A program made the position numbers and the translations under genes. Under the pieces are notes generated by a model, which did no database searches, was not told the origin of the DNA, and saw nothing but the letters and a program-made list of their open reading frames with translations. Below are positions 8,918 through 18,566 of a DNA stretch of 26,839 nucleotides, one piece after another (positions within the stretch are counted from its first letter, which is position 1; every line of letters starts with the position of its first letter). Source of the DNA: Promethearchaeota archaeon (lineage in GTDB: Archaea > Asgardarchaeota > Lokiarchaeia > Sigyniarchaeales > SOKP01); assembly GCA_048941265.1 (NCBI GenBank), contig JBHLNT010000046.1, forward strand, positions 1-26,839, in the 5' to 3' direction.

Positions 8918-11308
8918 ATAGCTAAGATTATCCTTGAAAGGGAACAAATGAGGGTTTTAATTGAAGAATATGAAAAATTTACTGAAGAAATCATTGAGGT
9001 TAAAAACAATAACACTTGGGTTCCCATTCTTAAAAATTTTAACGGGAATAGCACTTTAAGGGTGTGGTCGAATAAAAGAATTTTCAGTAAATCGTTAAAT
9101 TATTTAAAAAGGACCAAAAAAAAAACCTATTATCAGTTAGATGATGAGGATTTTAAGTTAAATTTAGATTATTGCCTCGAAGAAGATAATATTCTTCATA
9201 TACGATATAAATTATTAAATAAACGCGATATAACATTCTCTAAACTTATTGTTAATTATGAGATTTTATTGGGAAAAAATCCTGATTATACATGGGTGCC
9301 CCATTTAGTCCCCAAGGAAAATTTTGTAATTGGAGATCATGTCTTTCGATCACCTGTTATAATTTATAAAAAGGGGAATATTTCTTTTGCATTTTTTCCG
9401 GATCTTAAGACATTAGGACAAAATAGGCCATTTCAAACATTTTTAGATTTGAACTTACACCCTGAAGATGATAACTTACCAGAAATGTCATTTGGTTATG
9501 GAAATTATAAACCCTATAAGCACGTATATTTTAAACATAGACCTTCTTATGAATATGAGGTTAAAAAGAACACCAATTTAACTTTTAGATATTATATTAT
9601 TGCTTTCAATGAAAAAAATGTCAAGGAAATTCTTGAATATATTAATCACTTCTTTTGGGAAAAATATGGACGAAGAGCGTTTTATGAAAGCATAAATCCT
9701 CAAGTTGTGCCTTATGAAATCAATGTGAAAGAAGCTTTTAAGGCAATTTTTGAAAGACATAACTTCTGGGGTAACTTTAAAATTAATAATGTTGAATGTG
9801 GTGGATTTTGGCAGCAATCGGGAGTGGGAAAAAATAAGTTGCCTATAAAATTTATTCAACCTAAAGAGATGCAAACATTTAAAAAACAACGTTTTTATTC
9901 TCCAGGAACAGCAGTCATTTGGAATAATGCATGGTTTTCAAATATAAGATCCAGTTATGGATTGAGATTTTTTGGAGAGAAGTGGTCCGATATGAATTAC
10001 TTAGAAAAAGCTGAAAAAATGTTAAACACTGTATTATTTCTTCCAGACATTAACGGTATTTTCCCCAGTTTAATATTACCTGCTGGGTATAATTCAGATG
10101 AATACTCAATCGTAAATGGAGTACACGCTTTTTTTTGTCTTGAGGATTTTAATGTTGTAGATGCTTCTTTAACAATGTATTGGACAATAAAGCTATTTCA
10201 AGATTTTGGAGGTAATGAGCAACGGATAAGACAGAAATGTAAACAATTAGCTCATCTATTAAAAGAAATTCAGTTAGAAAATGGTGCTATTCCTATTATT
10301 ATTAATTTTAATCAAGAAACTAATGCCCCCATCATTAAAGAAGATTTAATAGATTCTGCTAGTTCAGGTGCTCCATTAATGTTTCTTTTAGAATATTATA
10401 AAATATCCCGAGATAAAGAAATCATTGAAGTATGTGAAAAAATTTCCCAATATATTGAAAATGAAATTATCCCAGATGACAAATGGCATGATTTTGAGGC
10501 ATTTTACTCTTGTACTTATCCTCCACCCTTTAATTATGATAACAATTCAAAAAGCCATATTAAAAATAATCTCTGCATTTACTGGTGTGCTGAGAGCTTT
10601 AAAGAATTATACAAAATAACTAAAAAGATAGAATATCTAAAATTGGGTGAGCAGATTCTCGCCACACTTTCATTATTTCAACAGGTTTGGAATATGCCTT
10701 ATATTAGTATTGATACGTTTGGAGGTTTTGGAGTACAAAACGCAGATGCGGAATTAAATGATGCACGTCAAGCCCTTTTTGTGAAAACGTACATGGAATA
10801 TTACTTAGAAACAGGGAAATATGAATACATGGAGCGTGGAATTGCAGCATTACGGGCAAGCTGGGTAACGCAGATGATTCCTGAATTTAAAGAAATTTGT
10901 TCGGGTAATTTAAAGGGGTTAGATACTGTTGATGGAATTGATAAAGGAATTCTTTTTGAAAATTATGGGCATTCTGGTAAAGATCAAAGAAATCGTGGAA
11001 TTGTTAATTTAGATTGGGGAAATGGTTCAGCGGCCTACGCCACTGCGTATGCTAAAAAACATTTTGGGGATCTTTTTATAGACTTTAAAGGACAATTTAT
11101 ATTTGGTATTGATGGAATACTAATGAAAAAATTCGATTTTATAGAGGAGAAGGTATTCATTGAATTTGACATAATTCCAAAAAAGAATACTATTTTAATA
11201 AAAGCCAGAGATTCACCCGAACATGGATGTGAACTAATTCTAAACAGAAAGTCATTTGGCAATTTTAAAAAATCATCTCTTAATAATGGTTTTAACCTTG
11301 ATATCTAA
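8918..11308 (+). CDS. Uncharacterised large protein: beta-rich N-terminus plus probable (alpha/alpha) toroid (six-hairpin glycosidase-like)
   Basis: Repeated helical-hairpin motifs (YLEKAEKM, IQLENGAI, LLEYYKISRDKE, ELYKITKKIEYL, EYYLETGKYEYMERG). Start uncertain: GTG 8909, ATA 8918 or ATG 8948. Confidence 0.55.
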   Translation: MAKIILEREQMRVLIEEYEKFTEEIIEVKNNNTWVPILKNFNGNSTLRVWSNKRIFSKSLNYLKRTKKKTYYQLDDEDFKLNLDYCLEEDNILHIRYKLLNKRDITFSKLIVNYEILLGKNPDYTWVPHLVPKENFVIGDHVFRSPVIIYKKGNISFAFFPDLKTLGQNRPFQTFLDLNLHPEDDNLPEMSFGYGNYKPYKHVYFKHRPSYEYEVKKNTNLTFRYYIIAFNEKNVKEILEYINHFFWEKYGRRAFYESINPQVVPYEINVKEAFKAIFERHNFWGNFKINNVECGGFWQQSGVGKNKLPIKFIQPKEMQTFKKQRFYSPGTAVIWNNAWFSNIRSSYGLRFFGEKWSDMNYLEKAEKMLNTVLFLPDINGIFPSLILPAGYNSDEYSIVNGVHAFFCLEDFNVVDASLTMYWTIKLFQDFGGNEQRIRQKCKQLAHLLKEIQLENGAIPIIINFNQETNAPIIKEDLIDSASSGAPLMFLLEYYKISRDKEIIEVCEKISQYIENEIIPDDKWHDFEAFYSCTYPPPFNYDNNSKSHIKNNLCIYWCAESFKELYKITKKIEYLKLGEQILATLSLFQQVWNMPYISIDTFGGFGVQNADAELNDARQALFVKTYMEYYLETGKYEYMERGIAALRASWVTQMIPEFKEICSGNLKGLDTVDGIDKGILFENYGHSGKDQRNRGIVNLDWGNGSAAYATAYAKKHFGDLFIDFKGQFIFGIDGILMKKFDFIEEKVFIEFDIIPKKNTILIKARDSPEHGCELILNRKSFGNFKKSSLNNGFNLDI

Positions 11309-11338
11309 TATTAACAAATTTATTAATAAGAGAAAATA

Positions 11339-11758
11339 ATGAAGAGAGAACATTCAATAGCAGCAGTATTAGTTAATGAAGATCAATACTTATTGCTCAA
11401 ATATGGTATGGGACATTGGGGGCTTGTAAAAGGAAATCAGGAGGAGGGAGAAACTGATAAACAAACAATATTAAGAGAATTAAAAGAAGAAACTGGTATA
11501 TCTGAAGCAAGCTTCATTAAAGGTTTTAAAGAAGAATTTAGTTATCACTATAGATTTAAAGGTAATCTTATTTTTAAGACAGTTACATGTTATCTAATTA
11601 GAACGAAAATAAAGGATGTTGTATTAAGTTTTGAGCATACCGAATTTAAATGGCTTCCCTACGAGAAAGCAATTAAAAAAGCTACCTTTGATGGACCAAA
11701 AACAATGATGGAAAAAGCAAAGAATTTTTTATCTAGGAATTTAGATGCTTTTCTATAA
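11339..11758 (+). CDS. Nudix hydrolase, Ap4A-hydrolase-like
   Basis: Nudix box KGNQEEGETDKQTILRELKEETG, HW upstream, LSFEHTEFKW downstream. Confidence 0.88.
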   Translation: MKREHSIAAVLVNEDQYLLLKYGMGHWGLVKGNQEEGETDKQTILRELKEETGISEASFIKGFKEEFSYHYRFKGNLIFKTVTCYLIRTKIKDVVLSFEHTEFKWLPYEKAIKKATFDGPKTMMEKAKNFLSRNLDAFL

Positions 11759-11915
11759 TAGACATGAATTCTGGCTACGATTTTTCATTTTTGACTTAAA
11801 ATCTCCCCAATTTACATTGTTATAGATTTAAAATCTAATTTAGTAAAAAAATTTTTGACATATTAAATTATAGATTTAATTGAGAGAAAAATTTATAAAA
11901 TTTTTATAAAAATCG

Positions 11916-12797
11916 ATGACTTTAGATAAATCTTCAATTACTAAATCTCCCATTGTTTCATGTTCCCGTAGAACTGATATTCCCGCATTTTTAATGGATT
12001 GGGTTATAGATAAAATTAAATTGGGATATGTCGAGGTAATTAATCCTTTTAATAGCAAACAGGTATCCCTTGTTTCATTGAGCCCTGACGATGTGAAATG
12101 TTGGGTATGGTGGTCAAAAAATTTTAGAGAGTGGATTCAAACTTATAAAATGTACAAATCTATCTTTAAAAAATATAAAGGACATTACTTTCAATTTACT
12201 ATTAATTCGCCCTCGGAATTGGAAAATAACATCACAGCCACGTTAGAGGAAAGGTTTCAACAATTAGCATGGCTAATCGAAGAATTTGGCACCTTAGCTA
12301 TAAATTTCAGATTTGATCCAATTATAGTGTACAAAAAGAAAGGATATAATGGGATAAAAAGTAATCTTGATAAATTTGAATATATAATAGAAAATATCTC
12401 TTCCCTTGGATTGAGGGAAATGATATTTTCATTTGCTACAATTTATACTAAAGTAAAAAATCGCATGTTATCAAGAGGTTATACCCCTATTGATCTTTCT
12501 CTAGCAAAAAAAGTAGAAATTATCAATCATTTAAAGAAAATCTGTTCTAAAAATAATGTAGAAATGAAGGCTTGTTGTCAGCCTGACCTGCTTCAAATAG
12601 AGGGTATTGAACAAGCTCATTGTATAGATGCATATAAAATTGAAAAAATTATAGGGGAACCAATTTTAAAGGTTAGAGATTCCGGACAGCGTAAGGATTG
12701 TGGCTGTTTTAAATCTAAAGATATTGGAGGATATACCGGTATATTTCGCTGTAAACATAATTGCGATTACTGTTATGCTTCTCCCGCGAAAAAATAA
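11916..12797 (+). CDS. DUF1848 family protein (radical-SAM-related, C-terminal CxxxCxxC)
   Basis: SCSRRTDIPAF, VINPFN, WSKN, FQFTIN, RFDPI, HCID, GQRKDCGC..SKDIG, CKHNCDYCYA. Confidence 0.88.
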   Translation: MTLDKSSITKSPIVSCSRRTDIPAFLMDWVIDKIKLGYVEVINPFNSKQVSLVSLSPDDVKCWVWWSKNFREWIQTYKMYKSIFKKYKGHYFQFTINSPSELENNITATLEERFQQLAWLIEEFGTLAINFRFDPIIVYKKKGYNGIKSNLDKFEYIIENISSLGLREMIFSFATIYTKVKNRMLSRGYTPIDLSLAKKVEIINHLKKICSKNNVEMKACCQPDLLQIEGIEQAHCIDAYKIEKIIGEPILKVRDSGQRKDCGCFKSKDIGGYTGIFRCKHNCDYCYASPAKK

Positions 12798-12901
12798 CTC
12801 GTTTTTACCAAAACCAAAAAAATATTATTAAATCTTCAAATATATCTATCTATTAAATTTAATTATACAATATAATAAAATTTAAAGGCGATTTTATAAA
12901 A

Positions 12902-14473
12902 ATGATTGAACAATTAGCTGAACAACAGTTTAGTGAATTTTATGATGCTGTAATTATTGGGGCAGGCAATGGAGGGCTAGTCGCAGCAGCAACTTTAGCA
13001 ATGAAGGGCGCAAAAATATTACTTTTAGAACAACATAACCTACCTGGAGGATTTGCTTCTAGTTTTGTAAGAGGAAGATTTGAATTTGAAACTTCACTCC
13101 ACGAACTTGCTGATTATGGTCCAACGACGGATAAAGGAGGTATTAGGTCTTTATTTGAGGATAAACTTAATTTAGACAGTGAATTTGTTGAGGTGCCCGA
13201 AGCATTTAGACTTATTTTAACCGATCCCAATGAGGATATTGATGTTACGATGCCATTTGGGATAGAAGAATTTCTTGACGCTATAGAAAAAGAAGTTCCT
13301 GGATGTAGAAATTCAGTGAAAAAATTTTTTGATTTAGGTAGGGATATCACCAATGCAACAGCCTATTTAGGCGCTACGCGTGGAAATCCTGATCAAAATG
13401 TCTTACTAAAAGAACATTCAAATTTCCTTAAAACAACGGCTTATACGGTAGAGGATGTGCAAAATGCTCTTAATATCCCTGAAAAAGCTAGGAAAATACT
13501 TAACGCCTATTGGGTGTATCTAGGCCTTCCAACAAATAGAGTAAACTGTACAATCTTTGCTGTTATGACTTATATATATATGTTAAGAAAAGCCTATATC
13601 CCTAAAAATCGTTCTCATGGTTTTACAACTGCTTTAGACGCTAAAATTAGAGAATTTGGAGGTAAAATAGAATATAATACGAAAGTAAATAAAATACTCG
13701 TTGAAAATGGGAAGGTTATAGGAGTAGAGACCTCCAATGGCGATAAAATAAAAACCAACCATGTAGTGAGTAATGCATCTCCAACACTTACCTATAATAA
13801 GTTAATTTATCCTAAGTCGGAAGTTCCCGAAATTGCTTATAAAGAAATTAACGCTAGGAGTCATGCAGTTTCCACATTTGTTGTCTATATGGGATTAGAT
13901 GCATCCACAGAAGAATTAGGACTTAAAGATTATAGTTATTTTATTTATAAAAATATGGATACCGAGGAATTATATGATTCATTAAAACAACTTGAAAGCC
14001 CTAAAGTACAAGCTACGATTTGTTTAAATACTGCTATTCCAGATTGTTCTCCTCCAGGAACATGCATTCTTTCTATAACGACTGCATTTCTTCCTGGAGT
14101 ATGGGATAAAGTAAAACCAGAAGATTACTTTCAAGTAAAAAATAAAATTGCTGAAGATCTTATAGATAATTTTGAGAAAGCTACGGGAATTTCAATTAAA
14201 GAACATATAGAAGAGATTGAAGTGGCTACACCTCAAACTTTAGCAAGGTTTACTGGAACTTATAATGGAGTAGTGTATGGTTATGAGCCAGATCCATGGG
14301 ATTCTTTTATTCCTCGCTTGATGTCGATGAATGATGAAAAACATATTGAAGGTCTCGAGTTTTGTGGAGGTTTTGGGAAAAGATGTCATGGTTATAGCAG
14401 TGCTTTAAAAGATGGGGAGACAGCCGCTTTGTTAACTTTACAAGATTTAATTAATAAAGGTGAGCTAAAATGA
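12902..14473 (+). CDS. Phytoene desaturase/retinol saturase-like FAD-dependent oxidoreductase
   Basis: DAVIIGAGNGGL FAD-binding motif, LEQHNLPGG, RGRFEFE, VVSNA, EVATPQT..RFT..YNG.VYG. Confidence 0.85.
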   Translation: MIEQLAEQQFSEFYDAVIIGAGNGGLVAAATLAMKGAKILLLEQHNLPGGFASSFVRGRFEFETSLHELADYGPTTDKGGIRSLFEDKLNLDSEFVEVPEAFRLILTDPNEDIDVTMPFGIEEFLDAIEKEVPGCRNSVKKFFDLGRDITNATAYLGATRGNPDQNVLLKEHSNFLKTTAYTVEDVQNALNIPEKARKILNAYWVYLGLPTNRVNCTIFAVMTYIYMLRKAYIPKNRSHGFTTALDAKIREFGGKIEYNTKVNKILVENGKVIGVETSNGDKIKTNHVVSNASPTLTYNKLIYPKSEVPEIAYKEINARSHAVSTFVVYMGLDASTEELGLKDYSYFIYKNMDTEELYDSLKQLESPKVQATICLNTAIPDCSPPGTCILSITTAFLPGVWDKVKPEDYFQVKNKIAEDLIDNFEKATGISIKEHIEEIEVATPQTLARFTGTYNGVVYGYEPDPWDSFIPRLMSMNDEKHIEGLEFCGGFGKRCHGYSSALKDGETAALLTLQDLINKGELK

Positions 14474-15690
14474 GTAAAAAAGAAGAAGATATAGTTATAA
14501 AAAGTCCTACGCGTGATTTATTTGCTTTCACAAAATTAGTACCTCAGAGAAAAAAAATAATTGAAAAGGCATCTAGTGAACCAATAACATCAGACCCTAT
14601 GAACGAACTCGCCAGCAAACTTCATCCTAAAAAACAATATTTAGTAATTGAGAAAATTAAAGATGAAACAAAATCGACCAAAACTTTCAAACTTATTCCC
14701 GATCCGGATTCAAATACTAAAGAATTAGCTTATTTCAGAGCAGGACAATATTTGAGTTTAAAGGTTCAGGTAAATGATGTAGTAATAACAAGACCATATT
14801 CCATATCCTCCTCTCCAACGGATGCATTAAATGGGTTTTATGAAATTTCTATCAAAAAAACTGATGATGGATTCTTAACTCCTTATATCTGGAATAATTG
14901 GAAAGTAGGCACTAAATTAGTAAGTTCAGAACCATCTGGACATTTTTATTATGATAATCTTCGAGATTTAAAGAATATTGTAGGTATCGGCGGAGGATCC
15001 GGAATTACGCCATTTCGTTCCATCGCGAGAGAAATTGCTGAGGGAAAATTAGATGTCAAATTAACTATAATTTATGGAAGTAGCGAAGAAGATGATATCA
15101 TATTCTATGATGAATTAAAAGAGATGGAAAAAAAATATCCAGATAAGATTAAACTTATAATTGTGTTGAGCTGTGAGGAGGTAACTCTAGAAGGATGTGA
15201 ACAAGGATTTATCACTGCTGACATTATTAAAAAATACGTGGATATAAATACAAGTTCATTTTTTATCTGCGGACCCCAGATAATGTACGATTTTGTTGAT
15301 AAAGAAATTAACAAGTTTAATTTACCATTAAAAAGAATTCGCAAAGAATTGTATGGTGAAGTAAAGGATGTCCTCAATTTACCTGGTTTTCCAAAGGAGA
15401 TTGCTGAAAAGACCTTTAAGATAAAAGTTCATATTGGAAATCAAACAAAAGAAATCCCTGCAATAGCAATTGAAACGGTTCTTGTAGCTATAGAAAGAGC
15501 AAAATTAGCTCCACCCTCAATTTGTCGTTCAGGAGAATGTGGACTTTGTCGTTCCCTTTTGATAAATGGTGATTTATACGTAAGTCCAATAAATGACGGA
15601 AGAAGGGAAGCTGATAAAAAATTTAATTTCTTTCATCCTTGCTCATCTTATCCAATCTCAGACCTAGAAATTATTGTTCCAAGAAGTTAA
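14470..15690 (+). CDS. FNR-type FAD/NAD(P)H oxidoreductase with C-terminal [2Fe-2S] domain (PaaE/Hcr-like)
   Basis: FRAGQY, RPYSISSSP, GGGSGITPF, ICGPQIM, CRSGECGLC...C. Overlaps the upstream stop (ATGA). Confidence 0.88.
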   Translation: MSKKEEDIVIKSPTRDLFAFTKLVPQRKKIIEKASSEPITSDPMNELASKLHPKKQYLVIEKIKDETKSTKTFKLIPDPDSNTKELAYFRAGQYLSLKVQVNDVVITRPYSISSSPTDALNGFYEISIKKTDDGFLTPYIWNNWKVGTKLVSSEPSGHFYYDNLRDLKNIVGIGGGSGITPFRSIAREIAEGKLDVKLTIIYGSSEEDDIIFYDELKEMEKKYPDKIKLIIVLSCEEVTLEGCEQGFITADIIKKYVDINTSSFFICGPQIMYDFVDKEINKFNLPLKRIRKELYGEVKDVLNLPGFPKEIAEKTFKIKVHIGNQTKEIPAIAIETVLVAIERAKLAPPSICRSGECGLCRSLLINGDLYVSPINDGRREADKKFNFFHPCSSYPISDLEIIVPRS

Positions 15691-15796
15691 CTTGAAAGTG
15701 GCATCATTTTTCTTAAATAAATCATTATTTTTTTCTTGATATAGGAGTTTTAAAAAACAATAAAAATTAAAAAATCATTTTAAATTCTAAATAAAG

Positions 15797-17257
15797 ATGA
15801 AGGGGCTTGATAAAAAAACTAGATTTGCGTTTTATTCATTGATAATAATACTCTTTCAGACTTGCTTGAAATTATTAGGCGTGATGATAACGGGAAGCTT
15901 GAGTCTTTTATCTGAATCAGTCGATACTTTAGTAGATATTGTATTTGTTTCTATTACTCTTTATTCTGTAAAACATAGTCAGAAACCGCCAGACTACGAA
16001 CATATGTACGGCCATACTAAGACGGATTCAATCGGGGCTATGATTCAAGGAATTATTTTAATAAATCTATATATTTTATTAATAATCTATGCAATAATGA
16101 GTATTTTAACAAATTCTTATCAAGTTGCGAATGCGAACATTGGTTTAGTCATATTAATAATCTCTTTCTCAACAAATCTTATCTTTTCGAGATTTTTAAT
16201 TTGGCAAGGAAGACGCTATAAGAGTCCTTCTCTCGAGATTCAAGGTTTAAACTTGTTTCAGGATTCATTACGTGCAATTGTCGTAATTGTAAGCTTTACA
16301 TTTGCATTATACGGTATTATATTCTTAGATCCCTTTTTTAGTATTGTTTTATCTACTTGGATAATTATTAGTTCGTTTAAACTGGCTAAAAAAGGTGCGG
16401 ATGATCTCACTGATATAAATCCAGTAGATTCAAGGCTTTTAGAAGAGATTAGAATAAAAATTTTTAACCTTGATCATGTAAACGGAGTTGATGATTTAAA
16501 AATCAGAGCTAGCGGAAGACAATTATTTTTTGAAGCTCATTTATCTGTTGAAGACCATATATCAGTTATTCATGCTCATGAGATAACAAAAGCAATACGA
16601 GATTTAGGAGATAAGCTTTTTCCGGTCTATGAAGTCGAATGTATTGTGGAAATGAATCCCCTAGGAGGCGAAAAATCGTTTAGCGAAAAAATAATTAATT
16701 TAATCTTTTCAATGAAATCTGAATACCCTAAAATCTTAAATATCAGAAATATTAATGTATTTAGAATTGAGGATAAATACTTCCTAGTTATAACTATGAA
16801 TATAAATGAGAATTTAACACTAAGACAAGCGCATGATATTTGTACTGAATTTGAAAATGAATTAAAACAACAAGTTCCGCAATTAAATAGAATTATTACT
16901 CATCTTGAAAGTCAATATAAAGAGGATATAATAAGTCCTCCCGATATTGAATGTGTGACTATAGATGATGAAACTATGAATGAAATGAAACGATTAATAG
17001 AAGACGTACTTAAATCTCATACTTATGTTAAAGGATTTCATGGATTTGAGTTTTGGGCAACATTTAATGCTTGCATTTTGGAACTTCACGTCTTTTTTGA
17101 AGGAGATCTCAATATAATGCAAGTACATGAATATATTACTGACTTAGAAAATGATATTAGAGATAAATTAAAAATTGATAATTTACAAGAAATTATTCTT
17201 CATTCAGAACCAGTAGAAGGTCGTAAAGATGGTATTCTTTTTAATGATGCAAAGTAA
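15797..17257 (+). CDS. Cation diffusion facilitator (CDF) transporter with three tandem C-terminal dimerisation domains
   Basis: GSLSLLSESVDTLVD, KPPDYEHMYGHTK, hydrophobic TM segments, then three repeats ending VEMNP, THLES and LHSEP, each preceded by AHEI/AHDI/VHEY. Confidence 0.88.
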   Translation: MKGLDKKTRFAFYSLIIILFQTCLKLLGVMITGSLSLLSESVDTLVDIVFVSITLYSVKHSQKPPDYEHMYGHTKTDSIGAMIQGIILINLYILLIIYAIMSILTNSYQVANANIGLVILIISFSTNLIFSRFLIWQGRRYKSPSLEIQGLNLFQDSLRAIVVIVSFTFALYGIIFLDPFFSIVLSTWIIISSFKLAKKGADDLTDINPVDSRLLEEIRIKIFNLDHVNGVDDLKIRASGRQLFFEAHLSVEDHISVIHAHEITKAIRDLGDKLFPVYEVECIVEMNPLGGEKSFSEKIINLIFSMKSEYPKILNIRNINVFRIEDKYFLVITMNINENLTLRQAHDICTEFENELKQQVPQLNRIITHLESQYKEDIISPPDIECVTIDDETMNEMKRLIEDVLKSHTYVKGFHGFEFWATFNACILELHVFFEGDLNIMQVHEYITDLENDIRDKLKIDNLQEIILHSEPVEGRKDGILFNDAK

Positions 17258-17288
17258 TGTAAAAGAGAAATAATCTTAATTTTTTTAT

Positions 17289-18392
17289 TTAAAATGGAAA
17301 ATTATATTGAATTAATCCAAGTTCTTTTTGCATAATCAGAATATCTTGCTGAAGATTTTTATTAATCGGAATTCCTGTTTTAATTCTTTCTTGTTCTTTT
17401 AGATATTCCTTTTCTCCTGCTGTATATATCCGTTCTTTTCCGGGAACTTTTTTCGCTTTTCTAAGCCCTCTCATGATATTTCCCGCATTTTTCTCAAATG
17501 TTTCTAAGGATAAAAAGCTCTCGATATTAATTGCTAAAAAGAAGTGACTAACTTTTAAGCGTTTTTGACCATTCTCCATGATACCTATTGTATCTTTTAA
17601 GTAAATCCCACCCGATAATGCTGCGGATAATATTTCTACTAGTGTTGCATAACCGTAGCCTTTATAACCTGAGGTTTCCTCACCTTTTCCCCCTAATGGT
17701 AATAAAGCTGCTTTACCTTTTCCTAAATCCTCCAATACTTTCCCTGGATCAGTCTCAGTTTTACCCTCAGAGGTAATAATAACTCCATCGGGAAGTTGTT
17801 TGTTTAATCGATTATATACCTCAACTTTACCTCTCTGAATTATAGATGTAGCGCAATCTATGAGAAAAGGGAAGTCCTCATCTGTAGGTGCTCCAAATGT
17901 TAGCGGATTGGTACCTAACATCGGTTCAACTCCGAATGTAGGTGGAATTGAAGGTCTTGCATTTGTACAAGTTAATCCAATCATTCCTTCTTTATTTGCC
18001 ATGAGTGAATAATACCCCGCAATTCCATAATGGGTTGAATTTCTTACAGCAACCGCTCCTAATCCATATTTCTTTGCTTTTTCGATGGCTGTTTTCATGG
18101 CTTTATAGGCAATAACATGTCCCATTCCACAGTTTCCATCCCATAGAGCAGTGGTAGGTCCATCTTTTATTACATCTATTTTCGTAATTACCTCGTAAAT
18201 TCCTGCTCTGATACGATCGTAATACATTTTGCACCGCTGAATTCCATGAGAATCAATCCCTCTGATATCAGAAGTGATTAGAACTTCTGCGATAATATTA
18301 GCATCTTCCTTAGGGACTCCCAATCCTATGAACACATCTCTCATAAAATTTTCAAGAGTTTTTATGTCAAGGTATGAAATATCATCAGACAT
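17289..18392 (-). CDS. Ldh_2 family (type-2 malate/L-lactate/L-sulfolactate) dehydrogenase
   Basis: DIRGIDSHG, RNSTHYG, GTNP, DCATS, LLPLGG...YKGYG, AGEKE. ATG at 18392 preferred over GTG 18401. Confidence 0.88.
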   Translation of the reverse strand: MSDDISYLDIKTLENFMRDVFIGLGVPKEDANIIAEVLITSDIRGIDSHGIQRCKMYYDRIRAGIYEVITKIDVIKDGPTTALWDGNCGMGHVIAYKAMKTAIEKAKKYGLGAVAVRNSTHYGIAGYYSLMANKEGMIGLTCTNARPSIPPTFGVEPMLGTNPLTFGAPTDEDFPFLIDCATSIIQRGKVEVYNRLNKQLPDGVIITSEGKTETDPGKVLEDLGKGKAALLPLGGKGEETSGYKGYGYATLVEILSAALSGGIYLKDTIGIMENGQKRLKVSHFFLAINIESFLSLETFEKNAGNIMRGLRKAKKVPGKERIYTAGEKEYLKEQERIKTGIPINKNLQQDILIMQKELGLIQYNFPF

Positions 18393-18566
18393 AATCTGCA
18401 CTATTTTATTTTTTTCAATATTTTTATTTTGTTTTCAAAGCATCTAAAGCTTAATATTAAACTTATAATAAGACGATTTGTTAACTTTTTCGTTAATTTA
18501 AATGGTCTTCAATCCTTTATATTTTATCTTAAAAAACCTTAAATTTTTCAATGGTTTTTTAATTCT

